DNA of 64,000 nucleotides from Paraphysomonas bandaiensis. Taxonomy: Eukaryota > Protista > Chrysophyceae. This document shows, piece by piece, positions 46,850 to 59,929 of the stretch. The notes under the pieces were generated by a model. That model did not search any database. It was given only the letters and a program-made list of their open reading frames with translations, and was not told the DNA's origin. The stretch lies in NCBI GenBank assembly GCA_965644295.1, contig CBFFRP010000239.1, positions 1-64,000 on the forward strand, in the 5' to 3' direction. Each line of letters starts with the position of its first letter. Within the stretch, counting starts at the first letter, position 1. Made by a program: the position numbers and the translations under genes.

Positions 46850-47253
46850 TATAACATATTGCAGTATATTGTTCGGTAGCCGTATAATGTATTATTCCAA
46901 CTACACTACTATGTTTTGTTATGGAAGCATTATTATTTATTGACGAGATTAAGTCGCAGCGTATATCTTAAATCTTAAAATAGTGATGCATTCTCTGAAG
47001 AGTTCAAAATCATTACTTTGTCCATCATGATTGCGCAGTAATTTTCAATTTCGTTTTCAAGATATTACTCTTCCTAACAACATCACACCTTTTTCCAGCT
47101 GAGGGAAGTATTATTCAACTACCTAGTCCCACAAATTTTGGTGTAAACACCTAATAATAGTAATAAATTAGTCAGCCAAGTCAATTTTAGTTGTGATCCT
47201 AGTCATCAATTGTACTTTTAAAAGTAATATATATCATTATTATTAACCATCTC

Positions 47254-48378
47254 CTAGATATGGGGTTTCCACTGATGAATTTCGTCAACTAATCTTTTCA
47301 TCAATTCCTTCACTGGCATGTTGATTTCAAATTTATTTTTGTGGTAATTAGCCCCAGCGTATAAAGACATATACTCCACATTTTCGAAGCGTTTCGCCTC
47401 CTGCCTGATATGTTGTGTCACTGTATTCTGTATCGGGAAAGGAAGTACCTCGGCACATTCCATTCGAGTCACGAATTCATTAGGGATACAGCGCGCACGA
47501 CGACCAGAGAAACATTTCGTTATCATAGTCGACTTATTTACGTCATTACTAGAATTGGTTAAACTTCGTGGAAGTAATCGTTGTTTGTAACACGCTGGAA
47601 TACCACACTCTCTTGTGGTCATAAATGCAGTACCCATTTGTACAGCATTAGCTCCAGAATGCAAGAACCTAGCAATATCAGTTCCATTCATTATACCGCC
47701 CGCAGAAATTACTGGTAACTTAGGAAGCGATTTCTTTACTCTTTTCAGCAATTCAATAGCAGTCAACTCCTGGTCGTCCTGTTCCGATGAAGAGGACGCA
47801 CTATATGTCCCTCTATGCCCTCCAGCTTCGATTCCTTGAAGAATAACTATATCTGCTCCTGATTCTGCAGCTAGATGTGCATCTTCTAAACATGTAGCGG
47901 TAATGCCAACAGTAATATCACACCTGCGAGCTTCTGATATAATTTCTTTCGGTGGAATTCCGAAATGAAAACTAAGCATGTCCGGCTTAATTTGAGGGTC
48001 CCATATACCTCCAGTCTCAAGCAAATTACTTAAATCGGGAAAATATGGTGCATCTGGCATAGTAATATCTTCTGCTACTGATGGCATTAGCTCCCGTAAC
48101 GGTCTCAATGCCTTCTCAACCGTCTGTTTACTTAATAAGTGCTGATCGATATCTTCAAACACAAAGAAATTAGCATGTATTGGTCCATGTGATGTCATTC
48201 TTTCTCTAGCTTGAGATATATGGTGACGTATATCGCCCGGTGATGTATACGCAAACCCAAAGCTCCCTAATCCACCTGCATTCGACACAGCAGCCACTAG
48301 AGATGAGTCGGATACTCCAGCCATAGGGGCACATACAATAGGATAACGTAAATATGATAAGTTGAACTTTCTTCTCAT
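47254..48378 (-). CDS. Nitronate monooxygenase (2-nitropropane dioxygenase family FMN enzyme), intronless
   Basis: PIVCAPMAG..LVAAVSNAGGLGS, SFHFGIP, LQGIEAGGHRG, PVISAGGIMNG, GANAVQMGTAF, FSGRRAR.IPN.F, SLYAG. Confidence 0.92.
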   Translation of the reverse strand: MRRKFNLSYLRYPIVCAPMAGVSDSSLVAAVSNAGGLGSFGFAYTSPGDIRHHISQARERMTSHGPIHANFFVFEDIDQHLLSKQTVEKALRPLRELMPSVAEDITMPDAPYFPDLSNLLETGGIWDPQIKPDMLSFHFGIPPKEIISEARRCDITVGITATCLEDAHLAAESGADIVILQGIEAGGHRGTYSASSSSEQDDQELTAIELLKRVKKSLPKLPVISAGGIMNGTDIARFLHSGANAVQMGTAFMTTRECGIPACYKQRLLPRSLTNSSNDVNKSTMITKCFSGRRARCIPNEFVTRMECAEVLPFPIQNTVTQHIRQEAKRFENVEYMSLYAGANYHKNKFEINMPVKELMKRLVDEIHQWKPHI

Positions 48379-48804
48379 TATTTCATTGTATTTGAAGGTT
48401 ATGCTGCCTGACTGACTGATGACTCCCTTAACTTAATAGCTAGGAGCAACTGGGTACATGTACAGTATGTATATTCCTAGAGATATACTAGATATCCATA
48501 GTATTTAGGCCTTGTCTTCCAAAAATCTCATATTTTCTCATATTTAGTCCTAAAAATCTCATATATTAATCCCATGTGGTTGCGTACCTTTCATCCATAA
48601 TACCTTCTGTATTCCAGTATTCCCCACCTCCCTAAAGAAGTAAAAGTGAGTAGATTTCAACCAATCACATGAATGCAACTTCCTTTTATCATATGGTCAA
48701 ATTGGCATGTTAATCACGCCTAGTTCACCCTATGCGATGAGCCATCTATACGACCCTCATACAGTCATAACCCTCCTACTCCCCTCATATACTACTCCCC
48801 TCAC

Positions 48805-50607
48805 ATGTATGACTATGATCAAGGTTGGTATTCACCTAGAAAGTCATTCGACTCCCCCAGAAAGCGTTTCTCCTCCAGAGACCTTACAGATAGCTCCCGT
48901 AAGGTCGGTATGGCCTCACTGGTAGTGTTAGTCTTCTATTCAGTGTCTGGTGGAGGGTATGGTATAGAGGAAGTCGTTCAAGCTGGTGGACCCTTCTATG
49001 CTCTAATTGGTTTCAGTTTATTACTTGTATGGGCTGTACCTGAGGCTCTGATCACTGCTGAGCTATCCACTACTATACCTGAGGCATCAGGTGCAGTGGC
49101 GTGGGTAACTATAGCATTTGGACCCTATTGGGGCTTCCAGAAAGGATGGCTGAGTTTTCTATCAGGTGTTGCTGATAATTCATTGTATCCGATATTGTTT
49201 TTTGATTATATAGTGTCTCTATTGAGTGGTATTAATGTGGAGTCTCAGTACACTGAGGGTGTATACAGATGGGGGTTCATTGCATCACTCTCTCTACTTC
49301 TTACATACTTGAACTACCGTGGATTAGATGTTGTCGGACGTACTGCAATAATTCTATGTATCTTTAGTGTATTACCATTAGCTGTATTTTGCGTCGTTGG
49401 AGCTTTCAAAGTTGATCCCTCAAAGTGGCTTACTACACCGGAGAATGGGATCAAGGGCATAGATTGGAGATTGTTCCTTAATACTTTTTTCTGGAACATC
49501 AATTACTGGGAAAGCTCGGCATGTTATGCAGGGGATGTAAAAGACCCTGGCAAAAATTATCCGATAGCGCTTAGTTATGCTGTCCTATTAGTGACGTTAT
49601 CTACCTTTTTGCCTGTATTAATAGGTGAGTAATAGTTGAATCATGTCATGCGCTTGAATTATGGCAAATTGAATTGTGTCAACCTTATCACTTAGTTCCG
49701 CACATGTCTCATGCCGAATGTGTATTGCAGGAACTGGTGTAACAGATTCACCCTACACTGAATGGACAGATGGATACTTCACATATATTGCCGTTGAAAT
49801 GGCTGGTCCGTGGCTGGGCACATGGATGATGCTTGGTGCCATGGTATCTAACATTGGCATGTTTGAAGCGGAAATGAGCAGTGATTCATGGCAGGTGTGT
49901 AGACGTAAATTTGTGTCGACTTGTTGGCATCGTTAACGCACGATATGTCATGACTTTTATTATACATTGGTGCTCATATACGCTGCACTGTGTAGGTAGC
50001 GGGCATGGCTGACCGTGGTATTATCCCGAAGTTTTTGGGGTATCGAAGTCAGCACGGCACTCCGACGTATGGCATATTACTCTCCGCAGGCGGTGTCCTG
50101 GCACTTAGTTGGTTGTCATTTTCAGAAGTGGTGGAGATGCTCAATATCCTATACTGCTTTGCTCAGATCATAGAGTTTGCTGCGTTCGTTAAGCTGCGAA
50201 TTCGTTACCCAGATATGTACAGGCCGTATAAAATACCTCTATCTACCGCAGGCTGTATTGCGATGCTAGCTGTACCAACAATTCTGGTCTTGGTCATCGT
50301 AGGCATCAGTACACCTTGGGCTGTCGTCTCTGCTGGTGCGCTTGCACTCTTCGGGTTCGTTGTAGCGCTGTTTTTAGAAGCGGCTGAAAAACACAGATGG
50401 TTTGAATTTGAAAACCAGTATATTGATACATGCCCAAGTTTAGGTTATGCATATACAAGCAGCAGGGCCAATAGCGAAGATAATGGCACACTCTATGCAG
50501 CCTGTACGACTAGTTTAACCACTGATGATAGAATTCAAGAAGGAAGTGTACAGCAGACACTTACATCCGCAGGTCCAGTAAATGAATTGACACCACTAAG
50601 GGTGTAG
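48805..50607 (+). CDS. APC-superfamily polyamine/amino-acid transporter (PUT/RMV1-like), 3 exons
   Basis: FYSVSGGGYGIEEVV, PEALITAELSTTIPE, FLNTFFWNINYWE, SNIGMFEAEMSSDSWQ, FAAFVKLRIRYP..RPYKIP. Confidence 0.92.
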
Positions 50608-51067
50608 TATTTCTGGATAGCTAAGATTCATTCTATTTATGCGTTTTAAGCAGATGTACCATCACTGATGGCATGGTGTATAGTTATATTTTCTTCGAGG
50701 TTCCCCATGTGACATCGAAATATGGTTAGTACATACAAAAAGGCAATTAGTTGTGTATCGTATGGAAAGATTGACTATATAAGTTAGCATAGAAGCATTT
50801 TGTAAAGTAAACATTACTGTGGAAATATAAACGTAACACGCTTTAGACTTCTATGTCTCCTGCTGAGTTCACATGGGTGGATATATTGTGATCTTATGGT
50901 CTATGATCTATGAAGTTCATGCAGCACTCCAGTTTAGGGTTTAGGATATACTACTCTAATATTCAGCTGCCACGTGACTATATAAACGTAAAAGTAGACC
51001 AAAAACTGGAGCATAGTCAGTGTGATATGTTGCATGATCTAATCAATTTTTTAAGGTTAATTGGGTC

Positions 51068-54000
51068 CTACACTGCAAATGTTTTTATTTTTCCTCTAGC
51101 TTTAATCGTAACATATCGCTTTCGCTTAGGTAACATATTATTGAGAGCTCCTTTGAGATCAGATGTGTGTGTAATGTTTTCATTTTCGACTACTTGCACA
51201 GCTTGATTCTTGATTTCTATATTATCCTCGCTCGATGATTCCGTGATAACTGTGGGTACAAGAGCAGACTGTATTGCCTCCTCCGCAGAAATTCCAGAAT
51301 CTTCTAGAAGTATACAGCGGAGCTCATCACAGTTTATTCGCCCTTCATAGAAATCAATATCAGGCAAAAGGTATGAACCCATTGGCTCACTACAGAGGGA
51401 ACGATTCTGAGTTATGAACTTGAGCGCTAAGAAGAATGTACTGTTTGCCATCATAGATTTATCTAAACAGGGCAAAGGTGATTGAAGCTTCTGAAGACAT
51501 CGTAGTGAAGCCAATGCAACTTCACTCATACCGTCGACTGCAGCTGCTCTTTCGAACATATGTAAATAGTGCAATTTTATCTCCTCTATGAAAGTGCGAT
51601 CTGATACGGAACTATACATCATGCTACAATATTGCATCAATATACAGCATGATATTGGTTTAGATTTGGCTAAACACTTCCTTTGGAGGCCCAACACAGT
51701 TTCTGCATTAAAAAACTGCGTGACATCAACAGAGACGCCTTGTACAGAACACTCGCCATCAACGCGATAGTACAAATATTTCCAGCCTAACAAACATTGG
51801 TCGAACGCATTCGCATCGATTGTATCATAGAAAGAATTGTTTCGAGATATGAGGACCGCATGAAGCAACGCAGCAGAGATTTTGTCATTCCTACCATCTA
51901 TGACGGCATCCCCAATTAACCTGACATATCCAGGCGAATCAATATTTCCAGCATGCTGACTCCAAGTGTTGCGTAACACAAGAAACAGACAATTGACAGC
52001 ACCACAGTGAAGTGCCGTCCGTACAAGAGAAAAAGAAGAAATCACGCAATGTATAATATCAACAGCATGGAGTAAATACTTTAGAAGATAAGAGTCATCA
52101 ACTTCAATAGCAGCGTCAACAATACTCCTTAGCGCAGGCAGTGAAGGTTCGTCACTATCCTGCCCAGCCGGCTTATTCAATATCGATGGCTTGTCTTCAA
52201 CTGCACATCACATGACAACAGCAAACAATGTCACGTTGCCAAACCTACCAGGAATACCCATGATAAACTTCACCTCAACAGGACCACGCGCATCCTTCAA
52301 TTCATCAATTTCGGACCATATATTATCCGCCATCCATATCACTCTGTGGATAATATCTCTATTCGAAGAGTATATTGCATCGGTTAATAAGTAGTGTCTA
52401 CCAAACACATACAAATTCATAAGTTCCAACATAGCAGTGACATGAAGCCGCTCTTACCGATGTTTCGATCCTGTGGTATCAAAGTACGTACGGCTTGACG
52501 CTAACATCCATCCTAACGCTGACAATGCGTTAATATACTCGGTCTAAAACAGTATTATTCACATATAAATGTCTTTCCTCTTCACAACTATCATACCTTT
52601 TCCCGCACTTTTTTTATTTCAATGAGCTCTCGCAGAAGGAAATCTATAACATTTCATGAGAGAAGCCCAAGACAAGTATTAGTCAATGGTTTACCGAATA
52701 CGAAGTTTTGTTTATCTATTACAGCACAGTGTAGCAGTGCACTAAAACAGTTTCTATTCATACGCCATGACGAATAAAAAGACTGGCTTGAAATTGCGTA
52801 GGGTTGACTATATGTGCTGAGGGAAGTCAATACACAATCCCACATACTACGCATGGCAAGCATATCAAGAGCTGAATAGGGATAATCATCTGTGGTATCC
52901 ATTTCCGGTACTGAATTCGCATCCAGAGGTTGCAATGCAAATTCACACAATGGCCGTGATTGTAAAAGTCGTTTGCATATGTTCTGCCTTTCTCGTCCAC
53001 GGGATCCACTCAATTCTGTCGATAGTGAATACCCCCCTACACAACGAAGCGAACTGCGCAAGGCACCATCCAACACACACGTATTCTGACATTGTTGATG
53101 TTGCATACCAATATAACTAAAATTTTCGGCTAATCTTTCAACAGCTACCGAAGCGTCTCCACAACCAGTTAGCACGCAGTGAATGAGAGACCATGATGGT
53201 CGTTCCTGATATCTAGAGATGTTGTCATCTGCAGATGATGCTGCGTGAGAAACTGATTTTTCTGATATCACAACATTATCATACTGTTTTACAATGTCGA
53301 TAAAGTCGAGTAACATATCCAGGATGTCGAGAACTCCAACAGCACATACCTCTCGCCAGATAGAGAGAGGTAGTATATTGAATTTCGAGGACACTGTAAT
53401 GGTACCAAAAGAGCCGTCATGAAATTTCTGTTTCACGAATTCTGTCGCCACTTCTACACACGCAGGTAAACGAGAGCTTATTGCGCTTTTAACAATGTTC
53501 CACAAATCATAAATATTGTGATTATACGAACTTTTCGCCGTAGATGTACCGCTAACCATTGAAGAATTCGAAATATGAGGTTGGCAAATATGTCGTCGAC
53601 AACCTTGAATATACACTAGCAGATGCTTGTTTACTCTTATCGAACGACACAATCTAAATCTGTAGTTCAGTTTTCGATGCATTATTCGCCCATTTCCATG
53701 AACTGGACCAGCGGAATGGTCACTTTTAGTCACTGTCATTGCAGCGGAAAACATGTCTTCCAACGACGATATCCTAGACTTTAGAGCCTCCTCACATTGA
53801 ACAAGCAATGTATCCCTCAGTTGATTTTCAATGGATAACGATTCATACCCATTCTCCACGTGATGCACTACTGTCTCAGCGAATACCACTAGCCGTATCA
53901 ACAATTCTTGAGATGACATATCTTGAAGTGATGAGGCAGAAATATGAAGAAGGGTGCACAAAACATGAAATAAAGTTTTGGATGTAAACATTTGATTCTC

Positions 54001-57000
54001 AAGCAAATGAATAGAGTCGTGGTCACATTTATCTTGACGATTCCACACAACGACATCAAGAATATCATTCGGCTCGAGGCAAAGCAAGGGAAGACATATA
54101 ACATTTAGCCATTTGCCTTCTCGGAAGCGCACACCTAGTTCCCAAGTATCTATGTTATACTCGCTATAGCTCTGTAGAGATCTAATATTTGTATTTACCA
54201 ACACACGAGTGCTGCGTAGTTTGGCATAATTCTCTTCGGCAAACGCTCTCTAATAGTAATATTATATTAGTAAAAATGGCAATAACGAACACGATATACC
54301 TCATGTAGAATATAATCCACTGAATTCACCCAAGTGTCAGTATCCGAATGATGTAACCACTCATTGTCGCCAGCATCATATTCGCTTGACGGCTCTCGCA
54401 TCCACTCAAGTATCCTGTTATCGCACTTACCCTCACCTAGAAGGCACATTGATCGCATGACTTCACACACTCGCACCACGTCCCTTCCGCTCTCTCCCAG
54501 AAAGACGCATAGGCTGTTCACCCAATCTAGCCAACTATGTACATACTTTGGATTGAAATCAACAAAAGACTTCGATGTGATACTCTCACAAGCAATTGTA
54601 TACTCTTTCAATCGTACGGCAATACGCTCCGCTTGAACCACTGGTGCACTCACTATATCTGTCAGCAGCTTTACAAATGAAGACTCATCTGATACACCCA
54701 GTGAAACAAAAATCTCTTCCATATTAAGTTGATAGGTTTTACTATCATCACTTGCCACAGTATAGGACGATGCCACTTGTCGAAGTTGGTTGTAAGAGAG
54801 TTCATATGTTAATAACTGCATTGAAGTTCGGCAGAACTTAAGTATACCATTTATTACTCGATATACAGACGGTATATGTTGCTCTAACTCAAGATTTTCC
54901 AAATCTCGAACATAAGAAAATATCATGCCCCGCACACCTTCTACAAGTGCCTCCTGTTTCTCACGACATTGAGCGACATGACGTAGTAGTGGGTGTTCCA
55001 TCTCGTCCAACATACGTAGTGCATCTACTTCAAGTCGAAAAGGTGTTACATACCGGTAATACTGATATCTTTGAACTTCCGCATCCTGATCCCTGTCAGT
55101 CCCCGGTGGACAATTGTACGAAAACCTCAAAAGCTCCCTGAGAAAGTCAGTGCACCCGTTACTTGCACAAAATTCAGATAGATTCATATGTCTCATATGT
55201 CCTTCTAAGATGCTATCTGCCAGCATGACTCGGGAGGGATCACTGCTAACCAGAGAGAGAGCATGGGTCAGTATTTCAGCTGTAACTTGAGATCCATTGT
55301 GTACGAGCGCTTTAATCAAACCTTGACTAGCATCACGATTGAGAAATATATATATGGAACTATCACTTAATTTCGGTGATAATTGCTCCCCCCCCAGCAA
55401 AGGTGGATGACACAAAAATCTGTCCTCTACAGAGAAGAATTCAAGGAACTGTTCACTAAATTTCTGTACGGTCCAATTAGCACTTTGTTTGCCATATATG
55501 GACAACGTAGGAACAACAGGCAATGAAACAATACCCTTGTGAACACCCAAAACTCCAAGTAGAGGGTATGAACTCCATTCGCTCAATGGGCGCGGTGGAG
55601 GCTCTCCAACCACAATAGGCAGGTCACCAATGTAGCTAGTACGTAAAAACTCACACCCTTGATACACAGCACTCGAGTGAAATTCCTCAGTACTTGTACT
55701 GTTCATGTCACTACTAGTCCCGTCATCCTCATTATCAGTTGTATGTAGAGTACTTCGATCGATTCTAGATACAATGTCTTCGACACTTACAGAATCTATC
55801 CTAGAAAAAACACATTCTCCACAGCACAACAAGCCCGGAAATTTAGTGAGCTCAGTCTTCATATATTCGCAGCTATTTCGTCCGGCTGATAGTATTTCCA
55901 ACAATGCCGATCGCCTCATATCAAATGAGTAGGCATCGATATCATAATCTCTGCCCTGACTACCGACTGCACAGGCCCCTTGAAACAGGGCAGAGGTACA
56001 TATACTTCGATTCGCTTGATGCGCAAACGGTTCCCAGGTAGATTTGAATAGCTCAAACAATCTTTGCCAAAATGAGGAGTCAATGTGAAATGTCCCAGCC
56101 AAAATAATAGAGAGAAACACAACAGGTTCTGAATTCCGCACCGCATGCTCAAGATGCTCTGTTGTTCGACCAAAGCGGGCGCCATTCCTGAACATACAAC
56201 ATTGTCTACATTAGATATTTCATAAATATGAGCACTTAATTACCTAATAATATCCAACACTAAATGTGAAGGAGCACGGTTCTTCAACAGAGTTACGACA
56301 AATTGCTCTAAGGCAGCACCATTCTCGTTGTCACAAATATCTTGTAATAAGTGCGTCACAAGGCTCCAATCTTTAGCCTCCACAGCATCCCACCACCACA
56401 TCCTATCGCTGCGAGATATTGATCGGATCCTAACACCACAATCCCGAAGAGGTTGGTGATCACCCAGTATCTCTACTTGAGCTAGTTCAGCTAGTGTCCG
56501 TTCATGTGACCTTTGTTTTTCATGATTTCTCAAACACTCGTAAATCCCTACGGAGTCTCTTTCCGTAACATAGAAAGCAGGATATACAGGGGTATTTTGA
56601 ACAATGTGATTATATGCAGTATGTACGCGACTACGGCTCATGAAGGCCTTCAAGCATCGCACTACTTCTTTCCTTTTTCGTCTCACGGACAAGCACATAA
56701 TCCCAGATTCTAGTTCCATCACTCCCAAAAGTTTTCTGCGACACTCATGCAGCCGTAATACCGATTTGCCCCACTTCACCAAACAACTAATGGTGTCACT
56801 CACAATATCTACAGATTTATTCGCGTATACCCTATGGGAAAACGATCTCGTGTACAATGAAACCATTGAACGAAGCTGCTCCAATGTGTTGTGGTTGAGT
56901 AATGTTCTTTCGTCTGATAGACTTGACTCATCGCAAAGTATATCAACAACATCTAATGCTCTTTTGCTGTACGACAGAGATCCGGAACGGACACCAGCAT

Positions 57001-59358
57001 ACGGCTTTGAGTCGGTAGCATTTGGCAAAATCAGTAACTCAATGCCATTTAGAAAACAACTGATAACCCTACGCTTGTCAACAGGAAGGTGAAGTAACGG
57101 CTTATGGGATTTTCCGTGAGAAGCTGTGTAGTCATTCAATGTACCCATTGATTTCACAGACTCATTTGACGTTGTCGCATCGATCAGCTGTTTTAGAGTA
57201 TTCGTATCTATGGCAGCTATAGAAGATCGAGCGAGCTACATCATCCTTATGTTAGCATTGTACAACGATAAAATGATGCAGGCCTCACCTCAGCATCTTT
57301 TCTTATGTCAATCAGATACCCAACAACTCTTTCATAAGCATTGACAACAACAACTCCAGAAAGAAAGCCGTACTCGCGACATGCCTGGTTCATTGAAGCT
57401 TCTAGATTGTCCACTGCAGCGCGGAGAGACATTGCCAATGAATGTGTTGGTCCTAATGACAGAAAAGATGAACTACAATACGTATTTCATACACACATAT
57501 CCTTACTTGTCAACTCTGTATTCAATTTCATACTGGGCTCTGCACCATGCTGCAATAAAATATTGATCAGTGGTATATTTCCTCTGCAACATGCAGCGGC
57601 AAGAGGTGTCAAAGCTGTGGGCTCCTCTTGAAGGTTGAGCAAAGCTACAAACGGTGAATGTATTAGTAAATGCTCTAGAAGGCACAATCCATTCTGACTT
57701 CCAGTTTCCATGGATCTGCGGCCATGATACACTTGCCACGAGGGGCGTGTTGCATGTGAGGAGGTACAGGACATCACAACCGTCACTAAAGGATTGCATG
57801 AAAATAAAGAATAGCTGAAAAAAAAATCCAATGGGCCAGCACTTCTCCTAACTACTTCTTCGCATATCGAGTCTGACTGAGATATACTACATGATGCCTG
57901 CGGACAATCAACAGGTGCCTCATCAGCTTGAATATGCCGGGCACTGTTCGGTATGTGACACACTGCGCTTTTTATATCAATAAGTAGCAAACGAACAACG
58001 TCAACAGCTCTACTTTCAATTTCAACAAGGCTTGCACTACTGGACGCTATCAGAGTTAGGGATGTAGCATATGAAAAAACACTATCATGCACAGATATAT
58101 CAGAGTAATCCGTATCAACCCACTGGTTTCGATCAACCAGACGACCCTTTCTCTCATCTTCTAGAGTTCCTCGACAAAAAGTTCGTAAAACAGGATTGGC
58201 ACCAAACATCAACAAAATCCGCAACGACTCCGAATCAGCGTGATACTTGTACCTTTCTATGGCGGCATGTAGAGGCCAGCTAAGCCAATTGCGATCGAAA
58301 TAGTCAGCGGCGGGGGAAGAGAGAGCAGATAAGAAGGCCGGTCGTGATAACAACGTAGCTAAAGCTCTGGTTTTAGAGTGCATAATCGCATAATGAAGTG
58401 TCTTCGATAGATCCGATAAATATAATGTGTGATTGGTAAGAGACATCATTTGGTCAGAACGCAGATGTTCACATGCAATTAAGTCGACTACAGATGGCCG
58501 ATTGGTCAGAATTGCTCTCCGCAGATACTTTGAATATTCTGTGACGCCACGAGTGAGTGACGCAGTCAGCAATATATTAATCAATACAGGAGACCCAATA
58601 AGTATAGCATAGTCTAGTGCATCGAGTCCAGCCGTATCGATGTCTAAGCAGCTTGTCGAAGACGTAAGCATTTGTGAAAGCAGGTGACCAATATGACTGT
58701 AAGATAAAGATTCTTCTTTTCGTAGCTTCTGCAGACATATGTAGAGAAGACATACAACCACAGAACGCCCTTGCAGATTGCACAAAGAGATATCTACCAA
58801 AGGGTGTTGAATTAAAACTGTTAAGTGATCGAGTTTCCATTCTCTAACTGCAATATGACAAGGCGTTTCCTCATCTGTATTTCTTTGGTTAATTTGATAG
58901 CAATCACGAATTTCACAAAGTGCCTTCGTTAAGGCTAAATTATTTCTATGTACAGCAATATGAGCAATATTCTCATACGTTGATTCATCTAAGATACTCC
59001 ACAATAGAGGACAATCATCAACCTCATCTTGAATATACTGAAGTCGTGAATATTTCGATTCATAGCCACTTATCCAAACCCAAACATCTGATATTCCCGT
59101 CGACTGACATGTCAAATAATTCAAAGTTTGTCTTAATTCACTCTCTGTTGAATTTGGTACAATATAATAGTGTAGAATATGGAGAACTTTACGTAGAGCT
59201 AATGCTTGATATGCCCATACAGAGAACGCCCCTCTATAGCGACCGCTACAACTGAATCGAAAAAACTTAAGCTTTAAATGTGAAATCAAATCATTTAAAT
59301 CAATCACAGAATTAGTTTCCTTATGATGATCTAGTTTAGAGGCTTTCTCTATTAACAT
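51068..59358 (-). CDS. Very large ankyrin-repeat-containing protein of unknown function (~2500+ aa), multi-exon
   Basis: Consecutive minus-strand ORFs; the junctions checked join in frame via GT-AG introns (e.g. TR|PTHSLAM, VF|DFLL, IP|VEDKP). Ankyrin motifs ETPCHIAV, DALDYAI, WPLHAAI, LTPLAAAC. A 5' exon upstream of 59358 is possible. Confidence 0.7.
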
Positions 59359-59929
59359 ACCAACTAATATGGTTAGGTATGTATATACACAGTGATCTTA
59401 TATGAGGGATGGTCCGTATGTATTATCCTCCAGATCGTATCATGAAGAGACACATGACGAAGTGAGGGTTGTTCTCACTTAATCACAGTATCTTACATAT
59501 AACTATAGCAGTATGTAGCATCCCACATCTATTAACATAGTAGTCCTCCACTGCACTTTCTACGCACATATATATATGCCTACACACTCCTCACTTCTAA
59601 CTATTTCGAATTTAACATCCAATAATATACCGCTAAATGATTATAAATCTATGCTATTCGCTAATTCTTATCTTTCAGGAAACGATACCAAATCAAGTAC
59701 ATTTTAACCCTTTTCATCTCATTTAATTGGCTGACTAATTTGCATATATACTATTAGCCAATAACATAGGCTTAAGTGTAAATACAGGTATATCATTTGT
59801 TGACATGGTACTAACATATGGTACCGTCTGATGATGGATGATATGCATGACAATCATACCATCACATGCCATTAACCACTGCATACACTCTCGTCTCAAG
59901 CTATACCATTAAACAAATATCAGGGTCAA

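Noticed and set aside
50932-50945. TTTAGGGTTTAGG telomere-like motif
   Set aside because: Under two full units; expected by chance.
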